Made by a program: the position numbers and the translations under genes
Part shown: in pieces, positions 21,197 through 30,706 of the stretch
Layout: each line of letters begins with the position of its first letter
Numbering within the stretch: position 1 is the first letter of the stretch
The notes under the pieces: model-generated
What the model saw: the letters and a program-made list of their open reading frames with translations, nothing else
Told to the model about the DNA's origin: nothing
Databases searched by the model: none
Source: Fibrobacterales bacterium
Lineage (GTDB): Bacteria; Fibrobacterota; Fibrobacteria; Fibrobacterales; JAOPTW01
DNA: 64,000 nt
Assembly (NCBI GenBank): GCA_051532055.1
Contig: JAOPTX010000017.1
Span: 4,628 to 68,627, forward strand
Reading direction: 5' to 3'

Positions 21197-21868
21197 ATGA
21201 ATAGTTATGATTTAGATAAAGAAGCACTGCTTAAAGAGTATGGGGATAAGCTGACAGAGCGTCGTATTACCCTCCTTAACGAAGCGCTTCAGCAGAGAAC
21301 TCGCCACTTTACCTTAGTTCTCGAAGATCTTTTTGACCCGCACAATATCAGTGCACTTATCCGTACCTCAGAAGTATATGGCTTGCAAGATGTACATGTT
21401 ATAGAAGAAGAGAACCCCTATCGTATAAGCAAATCGGTACTTAAAGGGTCATTTAAGTGGCTCAACCTTTATAAGTATAAACAACGTACACGTTGCATGG
21501 AAAATTTGAGAGCTCAGGGATATCAGATCGCTGTTGCATCAACCAATACAGATAAAACGATAGATCAACTGGATTTATCAGTTCCAACGGCTTTTTATAT
21601 GGGGGCTGAGTTTAGAGGTAATCACCCTGATACTCTTAAAGAAGCAGATGTTCATTTTATACTTCCACAATATGGCCTCACTGAGTCTATGAATGTATCC
21701 GTTGCAGGTGGAGTACTTATGACCTATCTTGATGTGTATCTACGCCAAGAAGGGAGAAGAGCGCAGTATGGGTTGAGTGAAGAAGAAAAGAAGGAATTGC
21801 AGTTTGACTGGTATGAGCGATGCTGTTTTGGCATTGAACGAAACTCTCCTCTTACACAAGTTGAATAG
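21197..21868 (+). CDS. trmH: SpoU/TrmH family RNA methyltransferase
   Basis: DPHNISALIRT, GAEFRG, QYGLTESMNVSVA SPOUT motifs. Confidence 0.85.
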   Translation: MNSYDLDKEALLKEYGDKLTERRITLLNEALQQRTRHFTLVLEDLFDPHNISALIRTSEVYGLQDVHVIEEENPYRISKSVLKGSFKWLNLYKYKQRTRCMENLRAQGYQIAVASTNTDKTIDQLDLSVPTAFYMGAEFRGNHPDTLKEADVHFILPQYGLTESMNVSVAGGVLMTYLDVYLRQEGRRAQYGLSEEEKKELQFDWYERCCFGIERNSPLTQVE

Positions 21869-22015
21869 TACTTGGGCGGTGTTGAGCATCTTCACACCAC
21901 CTATTTATATTATTACATTATATCAAAATTATTTGAAACTATTGTTGGGCTTACAACAGATGCATAGTGCGACTTGGCCTTATGTGAGTATGTTTGCCAC
22001 TTTTTGGAGAAAACT

Positions 22016-22309
22016 ATGATTAATCATATTGTGATGTGGAAAATTGGCCCTTCTGAAAGTGCCTCAAAAGGAAAAAATATTCAAACGGCTGCAAAAATGT
22101 TAAATGAGCTTCCTTTTGTGATTAGTGAAATACAAAAGTTTGAAGTTGGGGTAAATTGGTGTGATGAAGCGTCAGCTTTTGACCTCGTATTATACTCAGT
22201 CTTTGATTCACAAGAGAGTATGCATACTTATAAAGTGCACCCCGACCACCAGAAGGTTGTGGAATTTATGAAGTCAGTTGTTACGGAACGTGCTGTGGTT
22301 GATTATTAA
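22016..22309 (+). CDS. Dabb (stress-responsive A/B barrel) family protein
   Basis: MINHIVMWK, YKVHPDHQKV, C-terminal VVDY. Confidence 0.88.
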   Translation: MINHIVMWKIGPSESASKGKNIQTAAKMLNELPFVISEIQKFEVGVNWCDEASAFDLVLYSVFDSQESMHTYKVHPDHQKVVEFMKSVVTERAVVDY

Positions 22310-22365
22310 TTTTTGAGTTATTCATTATCCTTGATGATATTAAATAAAGAGAGTGTAGGAGTGTT

Positions 22366-23841
22366 ATGAGAGTAAGTATTGAACAACTAATGAATGAATC
22401 AGGTGTAACTTTTGGTACGTCTGGTGCCCGGGGGCTTGTCTCTGCTATGACTGATGCAGTCTGCTATGCCTATACACGAGCTTTTTTACAACATCTATCT
22501 GATCAAGGTGCTCTTACCGTTGGTGCGGGGGTCGCTATTGCAGGGGACTACCGGCCGAGTAGTGAACGGATAATGACAGCGGTAGGACGCGCGGCAGAAG
22601 ATGGGGGCTATACGGCAGTAAATTGTGGAGCTATTCCTTCACCGGCAGTAGCACTTTATGGTATCGATACGGGTATTCCTGCAATCATGGTTACGGGGAG
22701 TCACATTCCTGATGATAGAAATGGCATTAAGTTTAATAAAGCAACAGGTGAGATCAATAAAGGTGATGAAACAGGCATTAAGAGCCAGAGTGTTGATATA
22801 CCTGACGGACTATTTGATAGTGCTGGAATGTTTATAAATAAAGTTTCTTTGCCGACTCAAACAATAGAAGCAGATGAGCGTTATATTGCACGGTATGTTG
22901 ACTACTTTGGTGCGAGCGCTTTGTCGGGGAAAATTATTGGTTTGTATGAACACTCTACTGTAGGGCGTGAAGAGATGTATCACGTCTTGACTGCCCTTGG
23001 CGCAGAAGTGATTAAACTGGGGTATTCAGATACTTTTATCCCGGTAGATACCGAAGCAATTCGTCCCGAAGACTGTATACTTGCGAAACAGTGGGCAAAA
23101 GAATATACTCTTGATGCTATTGCTTCGGCTGATGGCGATTGTGATAGACCACTCCTGAGTGATGAGCATGGAGCCTGGTTTCGTGGAGATGTATTAGGAG
23201 TACTCTGTGCAGAATATTTAAAAGCAGATGCTGCAGCAACACCGGTCAGTTGTAATACCGTTGCTGAAAAATCGGGGATTTTTAAGAAGGTTTTGAGGAC
23301 TCGCATTGGTTCTCCATTTGTTATTGCAGGGATGGAACAGCTCAAAGCTGAAACATTTCAATCCATTATTGGCTATGAAGCAAATGGTGGCTTTTTAACC
23401 TATTCGCCATTTAAATCTGGTGAAAAGGAACTTAAAGCATTACCTACCCGTGATGCGCTACTCCCTATTATTGCAGCGTTATTATTGTCAATTCAAAAAG
23501 AGACGTCACTCAGCCAGTTAGCGGGGGCATACCCAAGTAGATTTACAGCAAGTGATCGTTTAAAAGAGTTCCCCCTTGAGAAGAGTCGCGCAATTTTAAA
23601 GCGACTTGATACAGGGTCATTTGAATCAGATGCACTAGCAATTGAAGAACTCCTCAAGGATGAGTGCGGAACTGTCGATAGCATTGATAGAACGGATGGT
23701 GTGAGAATTACTTTTCATAATCGAGAGATTGTTCACTTAAGACCTTCGGGTAATGCTCCAGAATTTAGGTGTTATGCAGAAGCAGAAAGTGATAATCGGG
23801 CGGTGGAGTTAACACAAACCTGTCTAAATAAACTAAAATAA
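22366..23841 (+). CDS. Phosphomannomutase/phosphoglucomutase (ManB-like)
   Basis: FGTSGARG, TGSHIP (phospho-Ser), DGDCDR, GYEANGG, RPSGNAPE. Confidence 0.93.
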   Translation: MRVSIEQLMNESGVTFGTSGARGLVSAMTDAVCYAYTRAFLQHLSDQGALTVGAGVAIAGDYRPSSERIMTAVGRAAEDGGYTAVNCGAIPSPAVALYGIDTGIPAIMVTGSHIPDDRNGIKFNKATGEINKGDETGIKSQSVDIPDGLFDSAGMFINKVSLPTQTIEADERYIARYVDYFGASALSGKIIGLYEHSTVGREEMYHVLTALGAEVIKLGYSDTFIPVDTEAIRPEDCILAKQWAKEYTLDAIASADGDCDRPLLSDEHGAWFRGDVLGVLCAEYLKADAAATPVSCNTVAEKSGIFKKVLRTRIGSPFVIAGMEQLKAETFQSIIGYEANGGFLTYSPFKSGEKELKALPTRDALLPIIAALLLSIQKETSLSQLAGAYPSRFTASDRLKEFPLEKSRAILKRLDTGSFESDALAIEELLKDECGTVDSIDRTDGVRITFHNREIVHLRPSGNAPEFRCYAEAESDNRAVELTQTCLNKLK

Positions 23842-23924
23842 GATTGATCTCAGCTGAGATTATGTAGATTAAAGGTCATGCCCACAAGTAGGTGGGCGCT
23901 GAATCCAGGGGATCGCAGTTGGAC

Positions 23925-24266
23925 ATGGATAAGATGAAACGGGGTCGTTATTTTGATAGTGGTGAGTCGAAACCTTTAGAAGAAGAGGTGAGGCCTAAAG
24001 GTCGTTCCCGTAAACAAATAGAGCAAGAAAATGCTGAACGCAAAAAACAAGAGCAACTTCAGCGTCAAAAAGATCGAATTAAGCGCGAAATTAGACGAGA
24101 ACATCTCAATGGTCATGAAGAGGTGGATTATGATATTAAAGAACAGTGGGACCATGAGAGCAAAATTGCAGTCTTTGCTCTTTTTGGCTTAAAAATTCTA
24201 CTGATCTCATTTGTTATTTTTGAGATATACCACATGATTGTATTTAAGAAATTCTTTCTTTTCTAG
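23925..24266 (+). CDS. Hypothetical protein with charged coiled-coil and C-terminal TM helix
   Basis: ORF fills the gap between genes; start uncertain (23925 or 23934). Confidence 0.6.
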   Translation: MDKMKRGRYFDSGESKPLEEEVRPKGRSRKQIEQENAERKKQEQLQRQKDRIKREIRREHLNGHEEVDYDIKEQWDHESKIAVFALFGLKILLISFVIFEIYHMIVFKKFFLF

Positions 24267-24271
24267 AATAA

Positions 24272-24853
24272 TTACTTTTCAAAAATACCAAGAAGAGCAT
24301 CATAAAAAGTTCGGTCAGCCTTCTGTGGTGAAACATACTGTATATGTCCATCAGTTTTATTATAGAGCTCCATAATGGGGCCGTGTGAATACCCTTTTTC
24401 AATGAGAAATTCAGTGAGGGGAGGGTAGACTTTCAGTATCCCAAAGAGAATAGATAAGTCGGATTTATAGGGGAATTGAGCAATAACACTTGGGACGGGC
24501 TTGTAGTCGGCTAAATCAAATGATTCGGCAAGAGTAGCGATCTCTGCAGAATCAGTGAGAGGAACAACACAGCCTACAAGACTTCTGAGTTCTGACTCCT
24601 CTACTTCTTGAGGATTATCCCAGTAAATACCAAATTTAGTAGCGCATCCAATGTTATGAATGGAGAGCTTTGTTGCAATGGTAAGGATTTTTTCACCCAC
24701 AGTGCTATAGCTTCCTGTATGCTTTTCATAGGCCAGAACATATCGATTATTCTCTTGTTCTACAAAGGTAATAGAATCAAAAAGATTAAAGTAGTTAAGG
24801 GTTATACCGAGTAATACCACTATGAGGAGAAGAGTTGATAAGATGTATTTCAT
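24272..24853 (-). CDS. Membrane-anchored GyrI-like domain protein (TEX264-like)
   Basis: N-terminal TM; HTGSY, GIYWDNP, LRSLVG, PIMELY. Confidence 0.75.
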   Translation of the reverse strand: MKYILSTLLLIVVLLGITLNYFNLFDSITFVEQENNRYVLAYEKHTGSYSTVGEKILTIATKLSIHNIGCATKFGIYWDNPQEVEESELRSLVGCVVPLTDSAEIATLAESFDLADYKPVPSVIAQFPYKSDLSILFGILKVYPPLTEFLIEKGYSHGPIMELYNKTDGHIQYVSPQKADRTFYDALLGIFEK

Positions 24854-24872
24854 TATATTTCCTTTTGTGGCG

Positions 24873-25178
24873 TTAATAGGCAATTTCAAATGATTGAAAG
24901 TGCTCTTGGGGTTGTTGCTCTGTGATCGTTACGGATGCGACTATCGCAGCGGGTGGTCCGTCTTGGCACCACTCATACAGTGCGATCAGTTGTCCAGTAG
25001 TTCCTTGGGCGACTATCAATACTGATTCATCCGGCTTGTTTTTTACCCACCCAGTAATGTTGAGCTGTGTTGCCTTTTGATGTGTAGCATATCTAAAACT
25101 AACACCCTGAACCTTACCAATAACAAGTATAGTATACTGCCTGATTGCACTCTCTTGTATTGATGGTTCCATAATCAT
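24873..25178 (-). CDS. acyP: Acylphosphatase
   Basis: GKVQGVSFR, GWVKN, GPPAA. Confidence 0.95.
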   Translation of the reverse strand: MIMEPSIQESAIRQYTILVIGKVQGVSFRYATHQKATQLNITGWVKNKPDESVLIVAQGTTGQLIALYEWCQDGPPAAIVASVTITEQQPQEHFQSFEIAY

Positions 25179-25246
25179 AGAGAGGCCGTTCTTAATTTTC
25201 TATTTTGTAATAATAAAAACCCCTTTTGGATTTGGCGAGATACACG

Positions 25247-26023
25247 GTGAAAAAAGTAAAAGTTACCTTTGAAGAATATTATAGTGGTGAATTAGGCGAT
25301 AGATGGCCAAAGCTCAGAGCTGCTCTGCTAGAGGAAAAAAGCTATTTTGAGCTTAAAGAAGGGCTGAGACAAAGCTACTTTTTAGACCCGGCATCAGTGA
25401 GAGCGGCATCGGCACTCTCCATTGATGAAGGGGATATGATATTAGATCTTTGTGCGGCACCAGGGGGGAAGTCCCTGGTGATTGCATCAACGCTCCCAGC
25501 TATGGCGCATTTAAAGACTAATGAAAAATCTCCGGCTCGTCGCCAGCGCCTCAAAAAAGTTCTTGATGAGCATCTTACAGAAACAGTACGGTCTCATACG
25601 GAAGTTACGGGATATGATGCAACAAAATGGGGACTCTTTGAAAAAGAGGTTTATGACAAAGTCCTCCTAGATGCGCCCTGTTCATCTGAAGCGCATGTTC
25701 TCCAATCACCAAAACATCTTAAGGAGTGGACTCCATCACGGGTAAAACGGCTCTCACAGCAGCAATTTGCCATGGTTGCGAGTGCCTTGGATGCACTCAA
25801 AGAAGGTGGTGAGATGATCTATAGCACCTGTGCTCTTGCTGATGCAGAAAATGATGGTGTGATTGAGAAACTCCATAAAAAACGTTCGGGTAAATTTGAG
25901 ATACTCCCTGTACAGGAAGAGATTGGTGAGGCAACAGTGTATGGTTGGAAGATGTGGCCCGATACCCACCCCGGTGTCGGCCCAATCTATTACTGTAAAA
26001 TAAGGAAAACCTTCTCAAAATAG
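25247..26023 (+). CDS. RsmB/NOP family RNA C5-cytosine methyltransferase
   Basis: LDLCAAPGGKS, LLDAPCS, YSTC...END motifs. Confidence 0.92.
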   Translation: MKKVKVTFEEYYSGELGDRWPKLRAALLEEKSYFELKEGLRQSYFLDPASVRAASALSIDEGDMILDLCAAPGGKSLVIASTLPAMAHLKTNEKSPARRQRLKKVLDEHLTETVRSHTEVTGYDATKWGLFEKEVYDKVLLDAPCSSEAHVLQSPKHLKEWTPSRVKRLSQQQFAMVASALDALKEGGEMIYSTCALADAENDGVIEKLHKKRSGKFEILPVQEEIGEATVYGWKMWPDTHPGVGPIYYCKIRKTFSK

Positions 26024-26028
26024 AGAGA

Positions 26029-26874
26029 TTAAGAAAAGGGGTTGAGCAGCTTTTGTGTTCGTATTATGTGTAAAAGTGCAGTAATGCTGTAGACTCCTAT
26101 AAAGCTGAGAAGTGATAGAGCAACTGCATAGCAGAAAAAGAGCGTGAGTGGAGCAAAGGTTTCTTGAAAAAATAAAGCACTGACATTTTGAGAATATCCA
26201 GCAGTAGTCCCTATAATATTGAGAGCGAGTAGTGTGATACTCATTGCAATAAAGCCTGAAAACATTCCTTTTATATCTGGTGGGCTCAGTTCCATATGGC
26301 TTGAGATACTTATTGAAAGATATATAAAGAGCCATGTAGATATTTCGCTGAATTGAAAGAGCGATATGAGATGGTGTGTAACGGTATATAATGCAGAATA
26401 GAAGGTAGTATAGGTGGTTTGTATTGATGAGAGGTCTATAGTTGAAGGGGAAAAGTCTCTTAAGGTCGTGTCAAAAAAAGTGAGTGTTAGGAGCCATAAT
26501 AGTAGAGAGCCGAGTAAGAGTGGTCCAATACTAATGAAGAAATTGCCGATAAGGTGGTAGGGATTTTTAGGATTAAATTGGTGTTCTATTGATCCCAGCT
26601 CAAAGGTTTTTGGATTAAAGAAGTTTGCTTTGGTTACTGTGTGACCAAAAAGAATGCAAAAAATGAGATGTCCCATTTCGTGAATAGGTACCCCAATGAG
26701 GCCGGTGACATAGGAATCAACTTTTTCAAGACCGCTATTTCTCAGAGAATTTCTAGTCCAACGAGAAAAAAGATAGAGCAAAAGTCCGAAACTGAGAAGG
26801 GGAACAAAAATAAACCCTATATCTCGTAGGGTATTGGAAATACTCGTAGTAATTATTGTAAATACTTCATCCAT
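26029..26874 (-). CDS. Membrane protein with HExxH (M50-like metallopeptidase)
   Basis: GVPIHEMGH and multiple TM segments; LSPPD near the C-terminus. Confidence 0.7.
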   Translation of the reverse strand: MDEVFTIITTSISNTLRDIGFIFVPLLSFGLLLYLFSRWTRNSLRNSGLEKVDSYVTGLIGVPIHEMGHLIFCILFGHTVTKANFFNPKTFELGSIEHQFNPKNPYHLIGNFFISIGPLLLGSLLLWLLTLTFFDTTLRDFSPSTIDLSSIQTTYTTFYSALYTVTHHLISLFQFSEISTWLFIYLSISISSHMELSPPDIKGMFSGFIAMSITLLALNIIGTTAGYSQNVSALFFQETFAPLTLFFCYAVALSLLSFIGVYSITALLHIIRTQKLLNPFS

Positions 26875-26876
26875 TA

Positions 26877-27662
26877 CTATCCTGGTTTTTTACAGACAAT
26901 ATGGATGTATCGTCCGAGAGAGGCAAAGGGTTCTTTACGGCAAAAGTCTTCTTCTACCGCACAGAGTTTATCAAGATCTTTAGGTGGAGCAGGGGTATGA
27001 AGATAATCGTTAAAGATGCGGATCCCACATTTGCTTTCAATGGTATACCCCCACTCAGTAAGCCAAGCGTAAACCTCGTTTTGGTCAAGTGGATTTCCGG
27101 GGGTTAGGTTGTTGGACTGTCCGAATTGAAACGAATCATCATCTCTAAAATAATTTCCTTTCAGAACTGTATTCATTATTGCTGAATTACGATTATAGAA
27201 CATGAGAGAGAGTTGACCACCTGGTGCAAGAAGGGACAAAAGTTTAAAGAGAGTCTCTTTTGGGGACTCGAGCCATTCTAAAACAGCATGAAAAAGTATC
27301 ATTGGGTACTGAGGGCCTGTATAGGTTGATACATATTCTTGAATAGTACTGTGAATGGGGGTGATGCGAGAGCCGTGTGGAGTTGACTGACACTCCTCTT
27401 TAGCGAGGGTGAGCATGTCTTGAGAAGCTTCGACAAGATCAATTGAAAAACCGCGTTCTGCACAACGGAGAGCGGTTCTACCAAAACCTCCCCCTGCATC
27501 TAAAAGCGGGGCCTCTGTGGGGCTATTTTCACCTAATAATGATAAGTTGGCCAACATATCATTCCATAGAATGTATTGCCGTATATACCCTTTGTTTGAG
27601 TCATAGATATTACGTCTAAATTTTTCTGCTTTGCCATCAAAAATGGTGTCTTTTGATTTCAT
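26877..27662 (-). CDS. SAM-dependent methyltransferase, SmtA/CmoM-like
   Basis: FRRNIY..KG.IR, LDAGGG, FHAVLEW, GIRIFNDY, LGRYIH. Confidence 0.82.
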   Translation of the reverse strand: MKSKDTIFDGKAEKFRRNIYDSNKGYIRQYILWNDMLANLSLLGENSPTEAPLLDAGGGFGRTALRCAERGFSIDLVEASQDMLTLAKEECQSTPHGSRITPIHSTIQEYVSTYTGPQYPMILFHAVLEWLESPKETLFKLLSLLAPGGQLSLMFYNRNSAIMNTVLKGNYFRDDDSFQFGQSNNLTPGNPLDQNEVYAWLTEWGYTIESKCGIRIFNDYLHTPAPPKDLDKLCAVEEDFCRKEPFASLGRYIHIVCKKPG

Positions 27663-27789
27663 TGAGTACACTTTTTGCTCAAATGTAAGAGTGGTTAAGT
27701 ATTGACATTATGTAAATGTACTTTTTTATATTTGAGCTGTCTTTTAGTGAGAAGAGTTGTATAATTGCAACAAGAACAAAAGACTAAAT

Positions 27790-29385
27790 ATGATAGAAAA
27801 GATTAAGCGTTTTTTTCGCTGGCTTGCGGAAGTCAAAACAGAGGATCCACTACAGGCTCCTCGTGATGGTGCTATTAATGTGCTCATAATCTTTTTTTTA
27901 GGGGCGACAGTTCTTGTTCAGGCGATGCTCGGTTATGAGATAATTGTATTGGGCAAATTAAACTCTGGATTCTTTGTAAATATCGTAACATTGTCACTCT
28001 ATATTCTCTATTTTATTTTGTATAAAAAGGGGTATCGTCGAACAGCATTTGCACTAATTCTCATCTATTTTATTCTGATTATGGTTGATTCAGAGTTTAC
28101 CTATGGTAGCCTCTCAAATGCCTTTTTTGCCTATTTGGTTATTGCTCTTGCCGGCCTCTTTTTTAATCTGCGGACTTCTTTTGCAATACTGTGTCTTTAT
28201 TTAGGAACGATAGTTCTCACTAGGCATTTAGAATCAATAGGAGCTATTCCTCCTTTTAAAAAGGTGGTTGGCCATGAACTCATTTTGTGGGCGGCCATGA
28301 TTGCAAGTGCAGTTCTTGTGATGATTCAAAATGGCCTTTATACTCATAATATGCGTATTGCAATTCAAAATGAAGTAGTTCGTAAAAAAGAGCTTGAACA
28401 ACAAAGAGAAAATTTAGAGAAAATGGTAATGGAGCGGACAAAACATTTACTCGAGTCAAATAGTCAGCTTGAAGAGAGTCGCAGTGAGATTGAAAGGCTC
28501 CATGAACGACTGAAAAGTGAATATAAAGAACAAAATTCTGAGCTCGAAGTGGCAAAAGAGAAAGCAGGAAAAGTTGATCTTATTAGTGGAATGAATGAAA
28601 TCACTTCATCAACACTGCATAATGTTAAAAATATTATCAATAGCATTAATCTATCTATTGAGCAGACCAAGAAAATTGAAGATGGTGATGCGATTCAAGC
28701 GTTATATAAAGCAACTGATATGCTGAGAACAAATATTAACTCTATTGAAGACTTTATTGTACATGACTCCCGTGGCAAAAAACTTATGGAGTACTATCTT
28801 GCTATTGAAGAAATGTTTGAGGAAGAAGTTGAATACCATAAGCGGAGTGTAGAGAGCCTTATCAAAAAGGTTGACTCTATGAATAGTATTATTACAACGC
28901 AACAAGTTTATTCGGGAGCCAAAGAGAATGACTTTGTTTCAATTGAAGCAGTGGTTGATGATGCACTACAGATTCTAGCCACATCTCTTGAAGCAGTTAA
29001 AATAACAGTAGATAAACAGTTTGGTGCAGTCCCAAAAGTTGAGATTCATAAAGTAAAACTCGTGCATGTATTGGTCAATTTAATCAAGAATGCCATTGAA
29101 GCTATTTTTGAGGCTGAGAAGGGCGCAGGGACTATTTCAATTGTTACAGAAAAGACCGATGACTCTATAGCGCTTAAAATATCTGATAACGGGCCAGGTA
29201 TATCTGAGAATGATCAAAGTAACCTTTTTCAGTCAGGATTTTCTACCAAGAGTAATGGGCATGGATTCGGATTGAGTTCAAGTAAACGGTATCTTGAAGA
29301 GATGGGAGCAACAATAAGTGTAGAGAGTTCTCCTCAGCTCGGAACGACCTTTAGTATCTTTTTCTCTTCTACTATTTCAGAATAA
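27790..29385 (+). CDS. Membrane sensor histidine kinase
   Basis: About six TM helices, coiled coil, H-box LHNVKN, NLIKNA, DNGPGI, FSTK, GHGFGL. Confidence 0.93.
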   Translation: MIEKIKRFFRWLAEVKTEDPLQAPRDGAINVLIIFFLGATVLVQAMLGYEIIVLGKLNSGFFVNIVTLSLYILYFILYKKGYRRTAFALILIYFILIMVDSEFTYGSLSNAFFAYLVIALAGLFFNLRTSFAILCLYLGTIVLTRHLESIGAIPPFKKVVGHELILWAAMIASAVLVMIQNGLYTHNMRIAIQNEVVRKKELEQQRENLEKMVMERTKHLLESNSQLEESRSEIERLHERLKSEYKEQNSELEVAKEKAGKVDLISGMNEITSSTLHNVKNIINSINLSIEQTKKIEDGDAIQALYKATDMLRTNINSIEDFIVHDSRGKKLMEYYLAIEEMFEEEVEYHKRSVESLIKKVDSMNSIITTQQVYSGAKENDFVSIEAVVDDALQILATSLEAVKITVDKQFGAVPKVEIHKVKLVHVLVNLIKNAIEAIFEAEKGAGTISIVTEKTDDSIALKISDNGPGISENDQSNLFQSGFSTKSNGHGFGLSSSKRYLEEMGATISVESSPQLGTTFSIFFSSTISE

Positions 29386-29404
29386 ATAGTAGAAGAGTTG
29401 TAAC

Positions 29405-29860
29405 CTAACAATTAAAGGTATTATTCTTTTTGATGAGTGCAGCATAGGCTTTATTTGTTGTTCTTAATCGTCGGCTAATATTACGAGCGCAGTTCATGAT
29501 CATCATTAAATAGGTGTCAATAGATGATTGTTTGACAGAAATGATGTCTTTATTACAGATTGAGACAGTAGTGACATCTGTATCTGCAGTGATAGTAGCA
29601 GATCGTGGCATGATATCTATAAGGTGCATTTCACCAAAACTCTCACCTTCGTGGAGAACAGCTATTTTTTCACCATCGACGTAGACAGAGACAGAGCCTT
29701 CTATAATCATATAGACCCGTTCACTTCTTTCACCTTGGGTTACAATGTCGTGCCCCGGTTCGAAAGATTTTTCTGTAAGAACATTAAGAATGATCTCCAT
29801 TTGATCGACTCTGAGGCCTCCAAAGAGAGAATAATTTTTTAGGTTGGTTACATCTATCAT
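29405..29860 (-). CDS. Stand-alone cyclic-nucleotide-binding domain protein
   Basis: QGE, IIEGSV, GESFGEM, PRSAT; no HTH. Confidence 0.9.
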   Translation of the reverse strand: MIDVTNLKNYSLFGGLRVDQMEIILNVLTEKSFEPGHDIVTQGERSERVYMIIEGSVSVYVDGEKIAVLHEGESFGEMHLIDIMPRSATITADTDVTTVSICNKDIISVKQSSIDTYLMMIMNCARNISRRLRTTNKAYAALIKKNNTFNC

Positions 29861-29955
29861 CGAAGTCTAATCCGTAAATATATTGCTGTTAAAATAATAT
29901 ACTAATTCTAATCAATGACATTTTGAAAAAATTGGCGAGCTCATGTCAATGGTGG

Positions 29956-30597
29956 TTATAAAAACTCGATGATATCTGATGGTTTATATGCAAATTTGGT
30001 ACAGCCTGCAGATTTGAGTTCATCAAGAGAACCATAGCCCCAGGTGACTCCAATGGGAATGATGTCATTTTCAATTGCTCCAGTAACGTCATGACTCCGG
30101 TCGCCTACCATTACGGTTTCAAGAGGATCAATATTCTCTTTCCGAAGAACATGTGCAAGAAGCTCTGTTTTATTACTCAAGCTATTGTCGAGGTTACTCC
30201 CATACACATTATTGAAATAAATTGTACAGTCAAAATGTTCAATAATCTGTTTAGCAAATACTTGAGGCTTAGAGGTCGCAATAAAGAGTCCACCTGTACC
30301 ATTTAAGCGCATAAGAAGACTCAGGATACCATCGTACAGTTGGTTTTCAAATTTTCCGACATCTGCAAATCGTTCTCGGTAGGCGGTAACACATCGCTGA
30401 ACTACAGTGCTATCTTTTGTATCGAGTAGTGTTTCAAAAATTACAGGGAGTGGTGGTCCAATAAGCTCTTTGAATGTTGCTTCATCGGGGATCGAGTGCT
30501 GACATTTTTCGAGTGCGTACTTTAGGCAGTTGATGATTCCCTCTTGAGAATCGGTAATAGTGCCGTCGAGATCAAAGAGAATATTTTTAATAGCCAT
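29956..30597 (-). CDS. HAD-family hydrolase (phosphoglycolate phosphatase-like)
   Basis: FDLDGT, IGPPL, ATSKP, MVGDRSHD, WGYG. Confidence 0.92.
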   Translation of the reverse strand: MAIKNILFDLDGTITDSQEGIINCLKYALEKCQHSIPDEATFKELIGPPLPVIFETLLDTKDSTVVQRCVTAYRERFADVGKFENQLYDGILSLLMRLNGTGGLFIATSKPQVFAKQIIEHFDCTIYFNNVYGSNLDNSLSNKTELLAHVLRKENIDPLETVMVGDRSHDVTGAIENDIIPIGVTWGYGSLDELKSAGCTKFAYKPSDIIEFL

Positions 30598-30706
30598 GGA
30601 GCCTGCTGGTAGATGGTAAAACAAGTATAAAATGAAATGTAATATATAATGAAGAGTAATAACCACCTTAACAGATAGATTTAGGTAAGATGGTACCTGA
30701 TTATTG

